The translations under genes were made by a program, and so were the position numbers. Below are positions 16,135 through 20,633 of a DNA stretch of 20,633 nt, piece by piece. Numbering within the stretch: position 1 is the first letter of the stretch; the number at the start of each line of letters is the position of its first letter. This stretch comes from Myxococcota bacterium (GTDB lineage: Bacteria; Myxococcota; XYA12-FULL-58-9; JABJBS01), in the NCBI GenBank assembly GCA_036339465.1, contig JAYZAY010000023.1:1-20633 (forward strand), in the 5' to 3' direction. A model generated the notes under the pieces. The model ran no database searches. It was given only the letters and a program-made list of their open reading frames with translations, and had not been told where the DNA came from.

Positions 16135-18732
16135 ATGGCGCTACGGGATTTTGCAGGCAGTAGAATAGTTAGGTTCAATGCGTTCATGGAAAGGTTGCCG
16201 AGGTGGCTTATTGAGCGGAGATATTGGGTCCTCGTTTTTTTCGTTATTCTCACCACCCTTTCAGGTTTCGGATTGGCCAAATTAAAAATTGACCAATCCA
16301 TGGATGCCTTCTTTTCTGACCAAGACGATAGTGCTCAGGTATTCAAGATTTTTCGGCGCGTTTTTGGGGCTGCGGAAGATGTGGTTATTATGTACACCCC
16401 TAAAGACGGCGATGTCTTTTCACCGGCTTCACTGCGTGAAATTCAAAAGTTTGAAGAGGCATTTGCAGTTGTGCAAGGTAAAAACCCTGAGGTTTTGTCT
16501 CGGGTGACCAAAATCGAAACGCTCTTGTCTTTAGACACTCTCCAAAGTGACGGTGAAACCCTCATCTCTAGGCCGCTGATTGGTGAGAATCTTCCTTCGA
16601 CCCCAGAGGAAGTTGAAGCCATTCGCAAAAAAGCCATGGGAATCAAAGACCTCGAAGGAACGATGTATTCATCGGACTTTAAGTGGGGAATTGTGGTTGT
16701 TCGCACCGACTTCAATGCCCGTCTCACGGAGGTTGAAGGACAGGCTGAGATGAACGCAGAAGCCGTGGATGATGGTGAAGACGATTTTGATTTTGGTGCC
16801 GACGATGGGGTCGAGGTGATTCCGTTTTTAGAACGAGCCTACCGCGATGTGGAGTCCATTGAAGCCCCCCAATATATGGAGTTCATGTCGGCTTTTCGGG
16901 AGGTACTTGATCAACTGGGTTGGGAATACAATGAAACCGGTCCTAAGGCTGGTGCGCCGATTGATGCTTACCTGACTGGACAACCCTTCGCCATGGATTT
17001 TTTCAACCGAAAAATCTTTGGTGAGATGGGCTTGTTTACAGGAATGTCGGCCCTGATCGTTATTGTGTCTCTCTATTTTGCCTTTGGGGCGTGGAGTTAT
17101 GTTGCTTGGCCTTTGCTTATTATCATGCTCTCCCTGGTGTGGACCATGGGGGTTGTTGGTCATAGCGGTCTTCGGGTTACGATGATGGTCAATATTGTTG
17201 CATTTTTGAATTTGGCTGTGGGGGTGGCTTCGTCGATTCATATTTTAAACGCCTACCGGACCGCATTGGTGAAGACGAAGGATTGGAGGAAGTCCATTTC
17301 AGATGCCTATGGTCGGGCCGGATTTCCTGTCTTTCTCGCTGCACTTACCACCATTGCAGGGTTACTTTCCTTAACCAGTGCCCCTATTCAACCCATTCGA
17401 GAATTCGCCATTTATGGTTCTCTTGGGGTCTTTTTTACATTAGTAGGAACTGCTTTGCTTCTTCCCGCGTTGATGGCCTTTTGGTCAGATAAGGAAGGGA
17501 CCAAGGCGCAGAATAGGTTTAGGAAGATTGTCGATCAAAGACTGAACCACATGCTCGATTTTGCCGGTAAAGTGACAAAAGAGAAACCCATACCCATCAC
17601 CGTGGTTTTTCTCCTCGCGGCGGCATTTGCGGTGGCGGGTGTGACGCGTTTGAAAATCGATACCAATTTCACGGAAATGATTAAGGATGGGTATGGGTTT
17701 TCAGAGGTTATCACCAAAGTTGATGAGCATTTTGGAGGCACGGCGAATTTGGAATTTGTGGTGGATACTGGGAAGATGGATGGGATGAAGTCTGTGGCTA
17801 TCCTCAAGGCTATGGAACGATTTTCCGATGATGTTCTTAAACAACAATCCTATTATGTGAATCGCTCATTTTCCCTGGTGAACCTCACGAAGGAATCTTA
17901 TCAACGATTGACGGACAATCAATTAAGCAATCACCGAATTCCAGACACTGGTGATGAGGTGGCTCAAACTCTCTCCATGTTTGAGGCAGCGGATTCAAGT
18001 AATCGCGCTTTGGTTGTGGGTGACAACTGGCAGCTTGGTCGGATGACCTTTAGTGGCTTTTCTCGGGGTTCCTATGAATATCGAGAATTGATGGATTATA
18101 TTGAGTTGGCCAGTGAACGTGCTTTTAGCCCCCTGAGAAAAGAATTTCCAGCAATGACATGGCACGCCACGGGTAATCTCCCATTGACCATGCGTTTGGT
18201 GGAACTGATAACTATTTCGCAACTTCAATCATTTGCCATCGCCGTGGTTGTTATCTGTCTCTTGCTACTTTTGGTTTATGGCTCTTTGACATTTGGATTA
18301 TTGGCCATGGTGCCAAACCTATTTCCTCTTTTGATGCTTGCCGGGGCTGCGGGTTGGCTGGGGATCCCTTTTGATTCAGATACCCTTTTGGTGGTTCCCA
18401 TTGCGATCGGTATCGCAGTGGACGACACCATCCATTTTTTAACTCACTATCGTTCGGAATTACTGAGAGGCCTGGGTCAGGAGTTGGCCATAGACCGGAC
18501 CCTCTCGGAAGTCGGCCAGGCGATGACATTTACCACGGTTATTCTCGCCACCTCTTTTATGTGTTATGTCTTTATGATTTATAAGCCCCTAGGGACTTTT
18601 GGGATCCTATCTGCGATTTCAATCGGTTCTGCTTTGATTGCTGACCTGTTTATGGTTCCCGTACTGTTAAGAAAGTTTAAGCCCTTCGAAGATCAGGAGG
18701 TGGGTGTATGTGTTTCGGAAGTATCGGTTTAG
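16135..18732 (+). CDS. MMPL/RND-superfamily lipid transporter
   Basis: Two repeats of TM + large periplasmic loop + multiple TMs; GIAVDDTIHF, ALTTIAGLLSL, PIREFA, MVPNLFP. Confidence 0.9.
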   Translation: MALRDFAGSRIVRFNAFMERLPRWLIERRYWVLVFFVILTTLSGFGLAKLKIDQSMDAFFSDQDDSAQVFKIFRRVFGAAEDVVIMYTPKDGDVFSPASLREIQKFEEAFAVVQGKNPEVLSRVTKIETLLSLDTLQSDGETLISRPLIGENLPSTPEEVEAIRKKAMGIKDLEGTMYSSDFKWGIVVVRTDFNARLTEVEGQAEMNAEAVDDGEDDFDFGADDGVEVIPFLERAYRDVESIEAPQYMEFMSAFREVLDQLGWEYNETGPKAGAPIDAYLTGQPFAMDFFNRKIFGEMGLFTGMSALIVIVSLYFAFGAWSYVAWPLLIIMLSLVWTMGVVGHSGLRVTMMVNIVAFLNLAVGVASSIHILNAYRTALVKTKDWRKSISDAYGRAGFPVFLAALTTIAGLLSLTSAPIQPIREFAIYGSLGVFFTLVGTALLLPALMAFWSDKEGTKAQNRFRKIVDQRLNHMLDFAGKVTKEKPIPITVVFLLAAAFAVAGVTRLKIDTNFTEMIKDGYGFSEVITKVDEHFGGTANLEFVVDTGKMDGMKSVAILKAMERFSDDVLKQQSYYVNRSFSLVNLTKESYQRLTDNQLSNHRIPDTGDEVAQTLSMFEAADSSNRALVVGDNWQLGRMTFSGFSRGSYEYRELMDYIELASERAFSPLRKEFPAMTWHATGNLPLTMRLVELITISQLQSFAIAVVVICLLLLLVYGSLTFGLLAMVPNLFPLLMLAGAAGWLGIPFDSDTLLVVPIAIGIAVDDTIHFLTHYRSELLRGLGQELAIDRTLSEVGQAMTFTTVILATSFMCYVFMIYKPLGTFGILSAISIGSALIADLFMVPVLLRKFKPFEDQEVGVCVSEVSV

Positions 18733-19571
18733 CGGTAAGTCTTTCGTTTATTCTGCAGGCGCCACCGACGGGCCGCCAAATTATGGAGAAAGTTGATGCC
18801 GTAGAGGATGGCAAATCTGAGTTTTCGGTTCAAGTGATGATGAGTTGTGCTTTCCGGGTGGCTGGGTCGAAAAAGAAATGTAAGTCGAGACCTCGGAAAA
18901 AGGTTATTGAGAGTGTGCGTATGGATACGGGGGCCTCCGCCAAAGATACGGTTTCGGTGAGTTTTATTTTGGAACCTACTTCGGAAAAGGGGATGGCTTT
19001 CAAGCAATACGATCACGATGAAGCCCAGACCACATCTGAGCAGTGGATGTATATGCCGGCATTAAAGAAACTGAAACGAATCGTTTCGGCGCAAAGCTCA
19101 GGCCCGCGGACGGGGACTCTTTTCGGGTCAGAGATTGCCTACGAGGATATTGAGAAGCGTAGCCTGGATGATTATGATTATAAACTTCTTGGAGAAGAGA
19201 AGGTTTACGGAGAAGATGCTTATGTTATTGAATCGAGACCCCGCGACTCAATTAAGGGTAAGACATCTTACGGATTATCCAAACAATGGATTGGCAAATC
19301 CAGTTTTCGTCCTTTCAAAAGTGAACTCTACAATTTTCGTGGCCAACTGGTGAAAACTTTTCAATTCAAAAAACACGAGAAGGTCGACGGAATTTGGGTA
19401 ACACGTCAAATTGTGGTGGTGAATCATACCAACCAGCGCATGTCGATGATGGCCATGAAAAAGTTGGCTGTGAACCCCAATATTGATGAGAAGGTTTTCG
19501 ATGTTCGGGCATTGAACGACACAGCATTTAGAGAGAACCTACTGCGACCCATCCGTAGTGTGGCAAAATGA
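18708..19571 (+). CDS. Outer-membrane lipoprotein-sorting (LolA-like) periplasmic protein
   Basis: EQWMYMPALKKLKRI, LFGSEIAYEDIE, YVIESRP, VDGIWV; overlaps the MMPL stop. Confidence 0.8.
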   Translation: MCFGSIGLAVSLSFILQAPPTGRQIMEKVDAVEDGKSEFSVQVMMSCAFRVAGSKKKCKSRPRKKVIESVRMDTGASAKDTVSVSFILEPTSEKGMAFKQYDHDEAQTTSEQWMYMPALKKLKRIVSAQSSGPRTGTLFGSEIAYEDIEKRSLDDYDYKLLGEEKVYGEDAYVIESRPRDSIKGKTSYGLSKQWIGKSSFRPFKSELYNFRGQLVKTFQFKKHEKVDGIWVTRQIVVVNHTNQRMSMMAMKKLAVNPNIDEKVFDVRALNDTAFRENLLRPIRSVAK

Positions 19572-20633
19572 AATCCATTTTTTTTCTGGCTCTCCTTTTC
19601 TTTCCGGCTCTCGGGTTGGCTGATGATTTTGATTTCGGCGAGGACTATGAAGAAGAGCAAGAGTCTTGGTCTTTCCCTTTTCGGGGCACTTTCTCCTCTG
19701 GGGTTGGCTATCAAATCGGAGAACCACAAGGTCTGCCTCTCTTGGATCTAAGTACGGGGTTGGTATTGGATTGGAGTGGCGTTTGGGGGCAATTGGCGGG
19801 AGAGGGTGATGTTAAGGCAAATTTTTCCCATCTTCTTGCAGACCGAAGTCAGGAAACCATTGATACGTATACTGTGGTGCCTATTTTTCGGGAAATCTAC
19901 TATAGTTATGCATGGGCGTGGGGAAGCTTAAGGGCAGGGAAGTTTATGACTGTTTGGAGCTCCGGTGATCTTCTTCCATTGGTGGATGTCTTAACCGCAC
20001 AGGATCTCACCCAATCGTTTTTCGCGAAACCTGACCAAATCCGGATTGGTCAAGTGGGTATGCGTTTCGATTTCTATTTCGAGAATCATACCATCAATGT
20101 ATTGTGGCATGGCTGGCCGCAGTCGAGTCGTTTTGTGGATGGTGATCACCCGTATTCATTTCTTTCCGTTCCTTGTACTGATGTGGGCGAACCGAAGACA
20201 TCTTCGTGGCCCGACTGCAAGCGTGAAGGTGCGGTGATGGCTGGGCTACAACTTCCCATTGGTGAGATATGGGACCCAACGGAGTTTGCGCTTCGGTGGA
20301 ATTATAAGGGCCAAGCTCTTAGCTTTAGCGTACAAGGAGGACGTGTTTTTAGTCGTAATCCATCGATTGGTTTTGAAGTAAGTGGAGTTTCAGAAATTGA
20401 GGGGGCACCACCGGTTCTTTCGGCGAGATTCTCTCCTTATTATTTTGGCGCAATTACCTACACCCATGTTTTGGGTGCTTTGCTTTTTAAAGCCGAAGTC
20501 ATGGGCACTCTGGATGAACCCACGCCAATATTCTCCGGACAGGTTCCAGAGACGGTTCCCAAAGACGGAATTAAGGCAATGGTTGGATTGGACTACACCC
20601 ATGAAGATTGGGGCTCTTTTCTGGTGGAGTGTA
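19568..20633 (+). CDS. Putative outer-membrane beta-barrel protein (DUF1302-like), partial, runs off window end
   Basis: Not in ORF track. Manual translation from ATGA overlap: MKSIFFLALLFFPALGLA|DDFDFGEDYEEE...FREIYYSYAW..LRAGKFMTVWSSGD..VDVLTAQD; signal peptide and alternating aromatic strands. Confidence 0.75.
   Translation, partial: MKSIFFLALLFFPALGLADDFDFGEDYEEEQESWSFPFRGTFSSGVGYQIGEPQGLPLLDLSTGLVLDWSGVWGQLAGEGDVKANFSHLLADRSQETIDTYTVVPIFREIYYSYAWAWGSLRAGKFMTVWSSGDLLPLVDVLTAQDLTQSFFAKPDQIRIGQVGMRFDFYFENHTINVLWHGWPQSSRFVDGDHPYSFLSVPCTDVGEPKTSSWPDCKREGAVMAGLQLPIGEIWDPTEFALRWNYKGQALSFSVQGGRVFSRNPSIGFEVSGVSEIEGAPPVLSARFSPYYFGAITYTHVLGALLFKAEVMGTLDEPTPIFSGQVPETVPKDGIKAMVGLDYTHEDWGSFLVEC

Overview
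Bacterial chromosomal segment, probably from a Myxococcota/deltaproteobacteria-like organism (inferred from pilin and transposase types). Left arm (minus strand): a partial membrane protein, a PlsC-like acyltransferase with non-canonical motifs, a decayed DinF/MATE pseudogene, a BCP peroxiredoxin fused to a long histone-H1-like Lys/Ala/Thr tail, a Zn-ribbon Nudix hydrolase and a GAF-PAS-GGDEF-EAL gene with a premature stop. Centre: an enoyl-CoA hydratase/isomerase and two tandem type IV pilins with mosaic DNA identity. These are followed by a large HUH/Y1 (RAYT-like) transposase gene flanked by inverted, non-palindromic end motifs, expanded on the right into a ~520-bp scrambled array. A sigma54-type promoter related to the repeat unit appears to give the transposase a leaderless mRNA, and + strand G/C skew appears to flip at this element. 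Right arm (plus strand): SDR, FadD3-like acyl-CoA ligase, thiolase, DUF952, and an MMPL/RND + LolA-like + outer-membrane protein module in which the inner- and outer-membrane partners share a DDFDFG motif. All family calls come from motif recognition by eye; no searches were run.
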